From contig JAPYQN010000003.1 of assembly GCA_029941465.1 (NCBI GenBank), positions 4,513 to 68,512 on the forward strand: a stretch of DNA of 64,000 bases. The letters run 5' to 3'. The notes below the pieces were generated by a model. That model did no database searches, was not told where the DNA came from, and saw nothing but the letters and a program-made list of their open reading frames with translations. A program made the position numbers and the translations under genes. Below, piece by piece: positions 29,599 through 38,633 of this stretch (position 1 is the stretch's first letter; each line of letters opens with the position of its first letter). This DNA is from Gammaproteobacteria bacterium (GTDB taxonomy: Bacteria > Pseudomonadota > Gammaproteobacteria > Steroidobacterales > UBA11654).

Positions 29599-29991
29599 AT
29601 GAACTACACCAGCTATTTTAGATTTCTTATCTTGGCACCCATGGCAATGGTTTTTTTAGCTGTGGCGCTTGATTTTTCTTATGCCTTTCCAGAGTCTGTT
29701 AATGGATACTATGGACAAACGGCAGTGGAGGGCTATAGTCGCCTCTATTATGCCTATCTCCTCTTGGCTGTGATGGCATTTATTGCTGATTTAATGATGC
29801 TGTTTTTCATCAGTCATTCCAGAGAAATCTGGATACTTCTTATTTCTGCCTTTTATATTGTGGCTTCTCTGATGCCTGAGTTAACTATCATGTCGCCTTT
29901 CTCAATTGTATTGGTTCAAATTGCTTCGTTAATGGCAGGACTTAAAATTTCTTTGGCTTACCTGTCTCCACCAATAAGAGACTTATTCTGA
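29599..29991 (+). CDS. small four-helix membrane protein, unknown function
   Basis: About 130 aa and hydrophobic throughout. Follows the LLM gene directly (GTG at 29587 abuts its stop; ATG at 29599). Confidence 0.5.
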   Translation: MNYTSYFRFLILAPMAMVFLAVALDFSYAFPESVNGYYGQTAVEGYSRLYYAYLLLAVMAFIADLMMLFFISHSREIWILLISAFYIVASLMPELTIMSPFSIVLVQIASLMAGLKISLAYLSPPIRDLF

Positions 29992-30011
29992 ATTCTTAAA
30001 TAGAAAAGGGG

Positions 30012-30920
30012 CTATGATTTCTGGAAGTAAAATTGTCTCCAAAACTTTAATCCTAAGACAAGAGAGAGTATCCAGATAATAAATTCAACCCAGTTTGGAT
30101 TGCTGTTGTAACCAAAAAATCCCTTTAAGAAAACACCAAATCTTCCCTTATCATGCAAAAGATGTGTGAATTTACCTTTGTCATTTAAGTCATAAGAATA
30201 AAATGATGGGTTATTCATTTCATTGAGTTCAGTTTTGGGCTGTAAAACGTCCCAAACTCGAGTAATTTGACTTTTATTATCAAGACCAACCCAATTCAAA
30301 TGGTCACCTTTAACAAGAAATTCTTCGGCTTCATGGCTGCCATAAGCAATCATTCCTGAAGCAAATAACACGAGTAAAAATGTCGTGGCTCTGAAAAATA
30401 ATCGAAGATCAATCCTTCGTCCTTGCATCACAATTAAGTAGCCAATCACGACAGCTATAAGCATTCCCATTACAAAACCAAGGTAGGAGAAGGTGCCCAG
30501 CATTGAGAAACTTCCCATTAGAAATATCACTGTTTCGAAGCCTTCCCTTAAAATTGCAAAAAACACAACTAAAAACACCCCCCAACCTGATGTTGCTATA
30601 GCTTGTTTAGTCTGGTCTTCCAAAGCATCTCTATCACTGACATGCTTAGATAGCCAAAAAATAACATACCAAAGCAGACCCGCAGTAATGAACATAAAGA
30701 CAGCTTCAAAAAGAGCAGTGTATGAGGCATTACCAACTGACTGTTTTATATCATTTAGAATCACCGCAACTATGACGCTAGCAATTAATGCAGCGATGAC
30801 ACCTAACCAGAGTTGTTTAATTTCTTTTATTAGATTATTTTTTTCTAGAAGAGTGAAAATTATTCCAACAATCAGACATGCTTCTAGGCTTTCTCGAAAA
30901 ACAATAATAAATTCATTCAT
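30012..30920 (-). CDS. FTR1-family high-affinity iron permease with C-terminal extension
   Basis: Two REXXE motifs (FRESLE, LREGFE) in TM helices. Start placed at MNEFIIVFRESLE (ATG 30920). A Fur box lies upstream. Confidence 0.75.
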   Translation of the reverse strand: MNEFIIVFRESLEACLIVGIIFTLLEKNNLIKEIKQLWLGVIAALIASVIVAVILNDIKQSVGNASYTALFEAVFMFITAGLLWYVIFWLSKHVSDRDALEDQTKQAIATSGWGVFLVVFFAILREGFETVIFLMGSFSMLGTFSYLGFVMGMLIAVVIGYLIVMQGRRIDLRLFFRATTFLLVLFASGMIAYGSHEAEEFLVKGDHLNWVGLDNKSQITRVWDVLQPKTELNEMNNPSFYSYDLNDKGKFTHLLHDKGRFGVFLKGFFGYNSNPNWVEFIIWILSLVLGLKFWRQFYFQKS

Positions 30921-31010
30921 GGTTAACAATTCCTGGTAATCAGAAAAGGAGAGCAAGAGAAACTTTCGGTTGAAGGTTAAGGATTGTTAATCTTGCTTTC
31001 CTAATTAATA

Positions 31011-31028
31011 GAAATGATAATCATTTCC
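31011..31028 (-). promoter_or_regulatory. Fur box
   Basis: GAAATGATAATCATTTCC contains the perfect palindrome AAATGATAATCATTT and matches the AATGATAATCATT core of the GATAATGATAATCATTATC consensus. Lies 55-90 nt upstream of the iron permease start. Confidence 0.65.
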
Positions 31029-31201
31029 ATTTAGGAATCATACCTATCTTTTCATTCAGATCAAATTTCTGTCCTAAAATAAAAGTACGGTAGCAGAATA
31101 TTAGTGTTGTGAGAGTTTGACGATGCGTATCATTGTATTCTTAATTATAGGCATTGCACATTCCAAGGTGATTAAGGTTGAGTGTTGCCATGGAAAAAGA
31201 A

Positions 31202-33559
31202 CTAATAAGCTGGATGGGCACTGTTCAAAAATAATTCCATCCCATCAATAGTTTCATAATCACTATTTAATAATTCATTATAAAGTGTGTCTCTTAGTGC
31301 AGGGGATCTTTGTGCTTTTTTAATAAATTCTTCCATTTTTACCGGTGCAAACTCCTGTCCATGGATACTGCCCGCAGCTTTAGAAATAGATTCATTCATT
31401 AATGTTCCACCCATATCATTAACGCCAGCGTTAAGGCAACTCTCAGCTCCTTTAGGACCTAATTTAACCCAACTAACCTGTATGTTTTGAATGTGCGGAT
31501 GAAGAGTCAATCTTGAAACTGCATGCATTAAGAGAACTTCCCTAAACGTTGGACCTGGTCGGGCATCTCCTCTTTTATACATCGGTGATTCCATACTAAC
31601 GAAAGGTAGAGGTATAAATTCTGTTATGCCTTGAGTTTCTTTTTGAAGTTCTCTTAGCTTGACTAAATGCGTAGACCAATCTTTCACTGATTCTTGATGA
31701 CCAAACATAATGGTTGAGGTGGTATTAATACCCACTCGATGAGCAGTTCTAATAACATCCAACCATTCTTCTGATTTGAGCTTGTCTGGACAAATATGTT
31801 GCCTGACTCGATCATCAAGTATTTCAGCAGCAGTCCCCGGCATTGTTTTTAATCCTGAATCTTTTAAGAGTAGAAGGAAATTCTCTACGGACATATCCAT
31901 CGTTGAAGCACCATGCTGTATTTCAAGTGGTGAGAATGCATGGATGTGTATTTCAGGTACTTTCTTCATAATCGCATTACAAATATTGATGTATGTTTTT
32001 CCATCAAAATGTGGATGTATCCCACCCTGAAGACACACCTCAGTAGCTCCTCTATTCCATGCTTCATAAGCACGGTTAGCAATTTCATCGAAGGATAATA
32101 GGTAAGGTTTACCTCTTAGATTTTCCTTGGTTTTGCCCTTTGAAAAAGCACAAAAATGACATGTGTATTTACATATGTTGGTGTAGTTAATATTTCTGGT
32201 AATCACATAGCTAACTTTATCTCCATTAACCGCTTTCCTTAACTCATCAGCTTTGTTCAATACAAAATGAAGATCATCGCCTCTGCTTTGAAATAGTGTT
32301 GTAATTTCATCATGATTAAGATCTGTTTTAGAAAAGGCTTTTTCAATAATTTGATGAATATTTTCATTATTGGTATCAACTGCTTTGCTCCAGATTTGGT
32401 GATTACCAGATGAAGGAATATTTTTAGACTCTCCGCATCGCCAATCATTATCCCTTCCATACCCTTGTGTGTTAGATTGCTCATAAACATAGGGCTTCAA
32501 TTGATTATCAAACCAGTTCCCGTCAAGATACTCTGGATAGACAGCTAATCTTTCTTTTAGTTCAAAGCCTTTATTATTAGTGGCTAGTTTCAGTAATTCT
32601 AAATTAGGCCATGGTGATTCTGGATTAACATGGTCTTGGGTTACTGGCGACACACCTCCCCAATCATTAATGCCAGAATCTATGACGTCAGGCAGTGATC
32701 CCATGTTTAGATTTGGTGGGCATTGGAGGTTCATTGAAGTTCCAAATATGAGTCTTGTCATCGACAAGGTCCACAGTAAATCTTCTTTTGTAGGTGCCGG
32801 TGTATTTCTCATCTTGGTGTCTGGCTTAGGGATAAAATTCTGCACAATAATTTCTTGAATGTGTCCATACAAGTCATGGAGTTTTTTTATCTCCAGAAGA
32901 CTTTCTAATCTTTCTGTCCTGGTCTCCCCAATACCGATTAATATTCCTGTGGTTACCGGTATATTGGCTTTGCCCAAATTTTCGATTGTACTTAGCCTTA
33001 ACTCAGGGTTTTTATCAGGAGAGCCAAAGTGAGGGCCACCTTTCTCACAAAGCCTTGTTGATGAGGACTCAAGCATAATTCCCATGGAAACCGAAACCTC
33101 TCTTAATCGTTTTATTTCCTCAAGATTCATGGTTCCTGGGTTAAGGTGTGGAAGCAGACCCGTTTCTTCAATAACAAGTTTGGACATGTCATATAGGTAG
33201 TCAATGGTGCTTTGATAGCCTAAGTATTTAAGGTCATCCTTTGCTGCTTGGTATCTAAGTTCAGGTTTTTCACCTAGAGTAAATAATGCCTCTTTGCATT
33301 GATGTAGCGCTCCTTTTTTAGCAATGTCTAACACTTCATTTGATCTTAAATAAGGGTGTGCAAGTTTTCTTGGAACCTTTGCAAAGGTGCAATAATGACA
33401 AACATCTCGACACAACATTGTCAGTGGTATAAACACTTTTTTTGAAAATGTAATGGGCGTGCCTTTTTGATCACGGAGAATCCTTGCTTTCTCCATCAAT
33501 TCATTTAAGGGTGTTGATTCACCAATTTTTTTAAAATAAGAAAGTGAGTCGTTTTTCAT
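31202..33559 (-). CDS. fbiC: bifunctional FO synthase (CofG + CofH domains), 7,8-didemethyl-8-hydroxy-5-deazariboflavin synthase
   Basis: 785 aa with two radical-SAM CxxxCxxC sites (CRDVCHYC near the N-terminus, CKYTCHFC mid-protein). Sits in a cofCDE context. Confidence 0.9.
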   Translation of the reverse strand: MKNDSLSYFKKIGESTPLNELMEKARILRDQKGTPITFSKKVFIPLTMLCRDVCHYCTFAKVPRKLAHPYLRSNEVLDIAKKGALHQCKEALFTLGEKPELRYQAAKDDLKYLGYQSTIDYLYDMSKLVIEETGLLPHLNPGTMNLEEIKRLREVSVSMGIMLESSSTRLCEKGGPHFGSPDKNPELRLSTIENLGKANIPVTTGILIGIGETRTERLESLLEIKKLHDLYGHIQEIIVQNFIPKPDTKMRNTPAPTKEDLLWTLSMTRLIFGTSMNLQCPPNLNMGSLPDVIDSGINDWGGVSPVTQDHVNPESPWPNLELLKLATNNKGFELKERLAVYPEYLDGNWFDNQLKPYVYEQSNTQGYGRDNDWRCGESKNIPSSGNHQIWSKAVDTNNENIHQIIEKAFSKTDLNHDEITTLFQSRGDDLHFVLNKADELRKAVNGDKVSYVITRNINYTNICKYTCHFCAFSKGKTKENLRGKPYLLSFDEIANRAYEAWNRGATEVCLQGGIHPHFDGKTYINICNAIMKKVPEIHIHAFSPLEIQHGASTMDMSVENFLLLLKDSGLKTMPGTAAEILDDRVRQHICPDKLKSEEWLDVIRTAHRVGINTTSTIMFGHQESVKDWSTHLVKLRELQKETQGITEFIPLPFVSMESPMYKRGDARPGPTFREVLLMHAVSRLTLHPHIQNIQVSWVKLGPKGAESCLNAGVNDMGGTLMNESISKAAGSIHGQEFAPVKMEEFIKKAQRSPALRDTLYNELLNSDYETIDGMELFLNSAHPAY

Positions 33560-33597
33560 AGATTATTTATAGCTTTTTAGTAACGCGTTCACAATGA

Positions 33598-34227
33598 CTA
33601 TTTCCGAATCTCATAGAATTGATTTAAAGCAAGATCGCTCTCACTATTTCTATCGATTAAATCTTTCCAATCTTCAACATCATCTAGGTCAAAACTCAAG
33701 CCTTCTATTTGGAGTTCATTTGTTTGAATTCCAAGGCTTTCAGCTGTCCTTATATGCTTCTCAAAACTGTGCTTACCAAATTGAAATCTCATCAAATAAG
33801 ACAGATCAATAATTAATGCATTGGTGCCCCCATCTTTTTTTGCTTCCACTATTGTTAACCCTTTTGTGTGTTGATTGAGAAGCTCTATCAAATCATTTTT
33901 TTCAGCAAAGGGAAGATCGATGGAAACATATAGCATTTGTTTTACGCCTTGTTGATAGAGCCAATCAGCTGTTAGGTTTATATTTTCTTTTAGATCAATA
34001 GAAGTCTTGTCTTTGCGATGGATAATTTTATTATTGTGGTAAGTTTTGACCCATTTTGATTCATTGGTCAACAACACAATTTTTTCTATTTCTGGAATAT
34101 TAGTTAAATTGTTAATCATTCGATCAGCCATCATTTTAGTTAGTTCAATTCTTTTATTTTGATCTAAGATCTTTGATAACCGAGTCATGGTCTTTAGGAA
34201 ACTATTAATAGGAATGACTGCCCACAT
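33598..34227 (-). CDS. cofC: phospho-acid guanylyltransferase of F420 biosynthesis (CofC/FbiD)
   Basis: 209 aa with MWAVIPIN start, DGGTNAL, FGKHSFEKH and DLDDVEDW blocks characteristic of CofC. Confidence 0.8.
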   Translation of the reverse strand: MWAVIPINSFLKTMTRLSKILDQNKRIELTKMMADRMINNLTNIPEIEKIVLLTNESKWVKTYHNNKIIHRKDKTSIDLKENINLTADWLYQQGVKQMLYVSIDLPFAEKNDLIELLNQHTKGLTIVEAKKDGGTNALIIDLSYLMRFQFGKHSFEKHIRTAESLGIQTNELQIEGLSFDLDDVEDWKDLIDRNSESDLALNQFYEIRK

Positions 34228-34239
34228 AACTGATTTTAT

Positions 34240-35187
34240 TTATGATATGTGATCAATAAAATGAATGACATCTTCTGCGACACGTTTTTTGTCATCATCA
34301 TTGTTCATCATAATCTCTGAGAGTTTAACCTGTATTCCCATTGATTCTATCTGTCCTACATAGTCTTGATCAGAAGTATCAATGACGATTCCATCTATAT
34401 AGTCCTTATAATGTTGAGCTATTGTTAACACATTAGTTTCTAAACCTAGTTCATCCATGATTTTAGTGGTGGGTCCTTTGACACTCTGTCCATTAATTAT
34501 AGGTGAAACTGCGACTCTGGGATGTTTAGATTCTGTGATGGACTGTCTTATCTTTTCAATAGACAGTATTGGATCTATGCTGAGATAAGGATTAGATGGA
34601 CATATAACAATGCCCTTTAAGTCAGGGTCCATTAATATTTCAGTAACTTCAGCAGAAGGTTCTGGGTTTTTACTTTTAAATGAAATATTTTTAATCTTGG
34701 GCTTATTAGCTTGTTTTACAAAATATTCTTGGAATGACAGTAACCCTTTATTGGTATCAACGACTGTTTGGATCATGTGATCACTCATTGGTAATACAGT
34801 TGCTTTTAAATGGAAGCGATTAGCGATGTCTTGCGTAATCGATGTTAACCGTTCTCCGTTTCTTAATGCTTTTGATCGATGAAGGTGCAAGGCTAAATCT
34901 TTATCTCCAAGTTTAAACCAATTATCAGCGCCAAGTTCACCTAGTACATTATGAGTTTTCCATGTCTCATCTGCTCTTCCCCAGCCTGTTTCAGTATTAT
35001 TTACTCCAGCCAAGGTGTATACCAATGTATCGACATCTGGAGCAATATAAAAGCCAAGATATAAGAAATCATCTCCGGTATTGGTGATGAAGTATAATTC
35101 TTCTGGTGCACAAATTTGATGTAGGCCTAAACCTAATTTAGCACCTCCAACACCCCCACTAAGAGCTATAATTTTTCCACTAGCCAT
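34240..35187 (-). CDS. cofD: 2-phospho-L-lactate (or analogue) transferase CofD/FbiA
   Basis: LSGGVGGAKL N-terminus and CofD-typical blocks. I prefer the ATG at 35187 (MASGKII) over the TTG at 35193 of the ORF track. Confidence 0.9.
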   Translation of the reverse strand: MASGKIIALSGGVGGAKLGLGLHQICAPEELYFITNTGDDFLYLGFYIAPDVDTLVYTLAGVNNTETGWGRADETWKTHNVLGELGADNWFKLGDKDLALHLHRSKALRNGERLTSITQDIANRFHLKATVLPMSDHMIQTVVDTNKGLLSFQEYFVKQANKPKIKNISFKSKNPEPSAEVTEILMDPDLKGIVICPSNPYLSIDPILSIEKIRQSITESKHPRVAVSPIINGQSVKGPTTKIMDELGLETNVLTIAQHYKDYIDGIVIDTSDQDYVGQIESMGIQVKLSEIMMNNDDDKKRVAEDVIHFIDHIS

Positions 35188-35189
35188 GT

Positions 35190-35975
35190 TCAACGAAATA
35201 GATCTTCTTCTTTTGGTCTAATTAAATCATCGACGGTATCAGAATCTGATGGCATATCAATGCCTTTAACCAGAACAATTGGTTTTCCTTCATTACTTTC
35301 TCCCATAATTAGTGTGGCAGAAGAGGCTATTTGATCTGCCAAACCAATAACAGTTGTTTGAAGTTCACGACCAAATAAGTCAGTGCCTTTTTGTCTTAAA
35401 TCAACTATTGTTTTTACACCAGATGCTCCGATAGCATGCCCAATCGTACCTAATCTCCAAGGTCTTCCTATACTATCAGTAATGATAACCCCTATTGTTT
35501 TACCGGTTTGAATCTCTATGTATTCTTTAATCTTTTTAGCTGATTCATTTGGGTTCTTGGGTAGTAATAAAACGGTTTCTTTGCCTGGTTTATGATCTAT
35601 ATTCGACTGATCGATACCAGCGTTAGCAAGTATGTGTCCCAGACGATGTTCAACAATGATTACACCTTTTTTAATTCTGATAATTTCTTTAGATTCTTGA
35701 ATAATCAATTCAACTAATCGTGGGTCCTTGTCTGTTTTTTCTGCTATTTTTATTGATTCATTAGAGGGAGTAATGGTTTCTAAATCAACTAAACAGCCTT
35801 CAGCTTTGGAGATTATTTTCTGAGCTATAACAACGATGTCATTGTCTTCTAATTCAAGAGAATCTTTGTTCATAGATTTAAGAATAATTTCTGCAATGTC
35901 ATCATTCTCTTTAATTGAAGGCACATGATTTAGTGCTGACACTTCAAGTTTGCTAATAGCCAATTTAAAGCTCAT
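35190..35975 (-). CDS. cofE: coenzyme F420-0:L-glutamate ligase (ligase domain only)
   Basis: 261 aa with CofE blocks (VVIAQKIISKAEG, NAGID.SN, DS.GRPWR.G). No C-terminal nitroreductase-like domain. Confidence 0.85.
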   Translation of the reverse strand: MSFKLAISKLEVSALNHVPSIKENDDIAEIILKSMNKDSLELEDNDIVVIAQKIISKAEGCLVDLETITPSNESIKIAEKTDKDPRLVELIIQESKEIIRIKKGVIIVEHRLGHILANAGIDQSNIDHKPGKETVLLLPKNPNESAKKIKEYIEIQTGKTIGVIITDSIGRPWRLGTIGHAIGASGVKTIVDLRQKGTDLFGRELQTTVIGLADQIASSATLIMGESNEGKPIVLVKGIDMPSDSDTVDDLIRPKEEDLFR

Positions 35976-35994
35976 GAAATTATTACGCGTCAGG

Positions 35995-36651
35995 CTAATG
36001 CGAGGTAATTTTGATACCCGACGATTTTAATTTATGGTTTTTATTGATCACAATAAGAACAGATGTTAGAGCTTCAGCTGCTGCTGAGTTTTCTAGACCA
36101 CCTGCATACCAACATTTAAGACCAAGACAACCAAGTAAAGACATAACTGTTTCAGCAGATTCTTTATTATTTCCAGTGACTAAAACTTCTGCTTTAATAG
36201 TATCCTTTGAGTCAATCAGGTGTGAGCCAATATTTTGCAGAGCTGCAACAATTTCAACCTCGGTACCAAGGATTCTTTGGGCTTCCATTGCTGCTGAGCC
36301 AATTGCTGGTAATTGAACTTTTGTAACCATTTTTTGCAGTGGTACAGTTGTATCAATCAAGATTTTGCCTTTAAGATCTTCCTTAACTAAATTAAGAGTA
36401 TCAGCATGACTTGAATAAGGCACTGTTAAAACAGAAATATCAGATTCTCTTGCTGCTGTTTTCGAATCCAATCCTTGGATATTACTTACATTGAGTTCTG
36501 CGTTAACTTGTGTTGCTATTTTTTGAGCTTTTACAGGGTCTCTGGACCCAATTAATATTTCATATCCAGCTATAGCCCACTTTTTTGTTAAAGCTGAGCC
36601 TAAGGCTCCAGTTCCACCTAAAATTCCAATTTTTCTAATTTTATCAATCAT
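35995..36651 (-). CDS. npdG: NADPH-dependent F420 reductase (Fno/NpdG)
   Basis: [15 protein letters not shown] Rossmann start, about 218 aa. ATG at 36651 lies 8 nt inside the 3' end of ilvD. The ORF-track start at 36687 would overlap ilvD further. Confidence 0.85.
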   Translation of the reverse strand: MIDKIRKIGILGGTGALGSALTKKWAIAGYEILIGSRDPVKAQKIATQVNAELNVSNIQGLDSKTAARESDISVLTVPYSSHADTLNLVKEDLKGKILIDTTVPLQKMVTKVQLPAIGSAAMEAQRILGTEVEIVAALQNIGSHLIDSKDTIKAEVLVTGNNKESAETVMSLLGCLGLKCWYAGGLENSAAAEALTSVLIVINKNHKLKSSGIKITSH

Positions 36652-38497
36652 GTTTCTTTTCCTCAGGAACAATTCTAACAGCTCCATCAGAGGCAGAAGC
36701 AGCCATCAATGCATAGGCTTTCAATGCTTGGCTAACAACCCTATTCCTAGCTCTGGGTTTCCATGCCTTAGAACCTCCACTCTTCATTAGCACCCTTCTT
36801 TGTTCAATTTCTTCAGGTAATAAATCAACATTTATAGTTCTTTTAGGTATGTCTATATTTATTATGTCACCGTCTTCTACCAAAGCAATATTCCCTCCAG
36901 ATGCAGCTTCAGGAGATATGTGACCAATGGATAAACCTGAAGTGGCTCCTGAGAATCTTCCATCAGTGATAAGAGCACATTTTTTCCCTAAGCCTTTTGA
37001 TTTTAGATAACTGGTCGGGTAAAGCATTTCTTGCATGCCAGGTCCGCCTTTAGGGCCCTCATAACGAATAAGCACAACATCACCAGGTTCTATGGCATTA
37101 TTTAGAATGGCCTCGACTGCTTCATCTTGACTTTCAAATATTCTTGCAGTTCCACTAAAGATAAGATTACTTTCATGCACACCTGCAGTTTTTACTATGC
37201 ATCCTTCTTCAGCAATATTGCCTTTAAGTACAGCTAATCCTCCGTCAGTGCTGTATGCATTATCTGTGTTTCTAATACACCCTGTTTCACGATTAAGATC
37301 CAATTTTTCAAAACGTTTATTTTGTGAAAAGGGTTCAATTGTTGGAATCATACCTGGTGCAGCCGAGTAGAACTTTTTAATTTTATCACTGGGATTACGA
37401 TTAATATCCCATTGCTCAATGGCTTTTTCTAATGAAGAAGAATGGACAGTTTTTGTTTCAGTATTTAGTAATTTTGCTTTTTCTAGTTCACCTAAAATTG
37501 CCATTACGCCTCCAGCACGATGCACATCTTCTAGATGAAATTGACTGCTTGGAGCGACTTTACACAAATTTGGAACTCGTCTTGATAATCGATCGATGTC
37601 ATTAATTGTAAAATTGATGTTTCCCTCTTTAGCCGCAGCTAAAATATGTAGGACAGTGTTGGTTGAACCACCCATCGCTATATCTAAGGTCATGGCATTT
37701 TCAAATGCTTCTTTACTAGCAATATTTCTTGGAAGCACTTGTTCATTGTCTTCTTCATAATATGCTTTGGTGATTTCAACAATAAGCTTCCCAGCTTTTA
37801 GAAATAAGTCTTTTCTATCAACATGTGTTGCTAAAACACTCCCATTACCTGGGAGTCCGAAGCCTAAGGCTTCAACAAGACAATTCATGGAATTAGCAGT
37901 AAACATTCCAGAGCATGAACCGCAAGTTGGGCAAGCAGATCGTTCTACGTTCTCAAGATCTTCGTCTGAAATCGAGTCATCAGCAGCCAGACCCATAGCA
38001 TCCACTAAATCTAATGTTGTTTCTTTACCTTTAATAAAACTCTTACCCGCTTCCATTGGGCCACCTGAAACAAAGATTGTTGGAACGTTTAAACGCATTG
38101 TGGCCATTAACATTCCTGGGGTTATTTTGTCACAGTTTGAAAGACATACTAAGGCATCAGCACAATGCGCATTAACCATGTATTCAACTGCATCTGCTAT
38201 GAGTTCTCTTGAGGGAAGACTATATAACATGCCTGAATGACCCATAGCAATTCCATCATCAACAGCTATAGTACTGAATTCTTTTGCTACTCCCCCAGAT
38301 TTGTCTATTTCTCGAGCCACCATTTGCCCCAAATCTTTAAGATGAATATGACCAGGAACAAACTGAGTAAAAGAATTAGCTATAGCAATTATAGGTTTCC
38401 CAAAATCGTTATCTTTCATTCCCGTGGCACGCCATAATGCTCTGGCGCCGGTCATATTTCTCCCGTGCGTTGATGTTTTCGATCTATAATCAGGCAT
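36644..38497 (-). CDS. ilvD: dihydroxy-acid dehydratase
   Basis: 617 aa. N-terminus [27 protein letters not shown]...[19 protein letters not shown] is nearly identical to enterobacterial IlvD. Confidence 0.95.
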   Translation of the reverse strand: MPDYRSKTSTHGRNMTGARALWRATGMKDNDFGKPIIAIANSFTQFVPGHIHLKDLGQMVAREIDKSGGVAKEFSTIAVDDGIAMGHSGMLYSLPSRELIADAVEYMVNAHCADALVCLSNCDKITPGMLMATMRLNVPTIFVSGGPMEAGKSFIKGKETTLDLVDAMGLAADDSISDEDLENVERSACPTCGSCSGMFTANSMNCLVEALGFGLPGNGSVLATHVDRKDLFLKAGKLIVEITKAYYEEDNEQVLPRNIASKEAFENAMTLDIAMGGSTNTVLHILAAAKEGNINFTINDIDRLSRRVPNLCKVAPSSQFHLEDVHRAGGVMAILGELEKAKLLNTETKTVHSSSLEKAIEQWDINRNPSDKIKKFYSAAPGMIPTIEPFSQNKRFEKLDLNRETGCIRNTDNAYSTDGGLAVLKGNIAEEGCIVKTAGVHESNLIFSGTARIFESQDEAVEAILNNAIEPGDVVLIRYEGPKGGPGMQEMLYPTSYLKSKGLGKKCALITDGRFSGATSGLSIGHISPEAASGGNIALVEDGDIINIDIPKRTINVDLLPEEIEQRRVLMKSGGSKAWKPRARNRVVSQALKAYALMAASASDGAVRIVPEEKKHD

Positions 38498-38633
38498 ATT
38501 TGTAACTTTTTATTTGTATTTATCCTATGGTTAATATTATCTCATTTCTGCAAAACAATTATAATTCTCATGGTACAGTAGTCTCTATAAATTTTAGTGA
38601 ATCGTTGTTATTAAAATATTTGGACCAACTAGG

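Noticed and set aside
31133-31260. Short plus-strand ORF (MRIIVFLIIGIAHSKVIKVECCHGKRTNK...) in the FTR1-fbiC intergenic region that runs into the 3' end of fbiC.
   Set aside because: It has no RBS, overlaps the end of a well-supported gene and has no recognisable features. It is probably noise.
36652-36687. N-terminal extensions proposed by the ORF track for fno (36687), the MFS gene (5790), gloA (55353), FTR1 (30956), pxpB (1085), cofD (35193) and fabD-like (18027).
   Set aside because: Internal ATG starts align with the canonical family N-termini and remove or minimise overlaps with upstream genes. The extensions add non-homologous residues.
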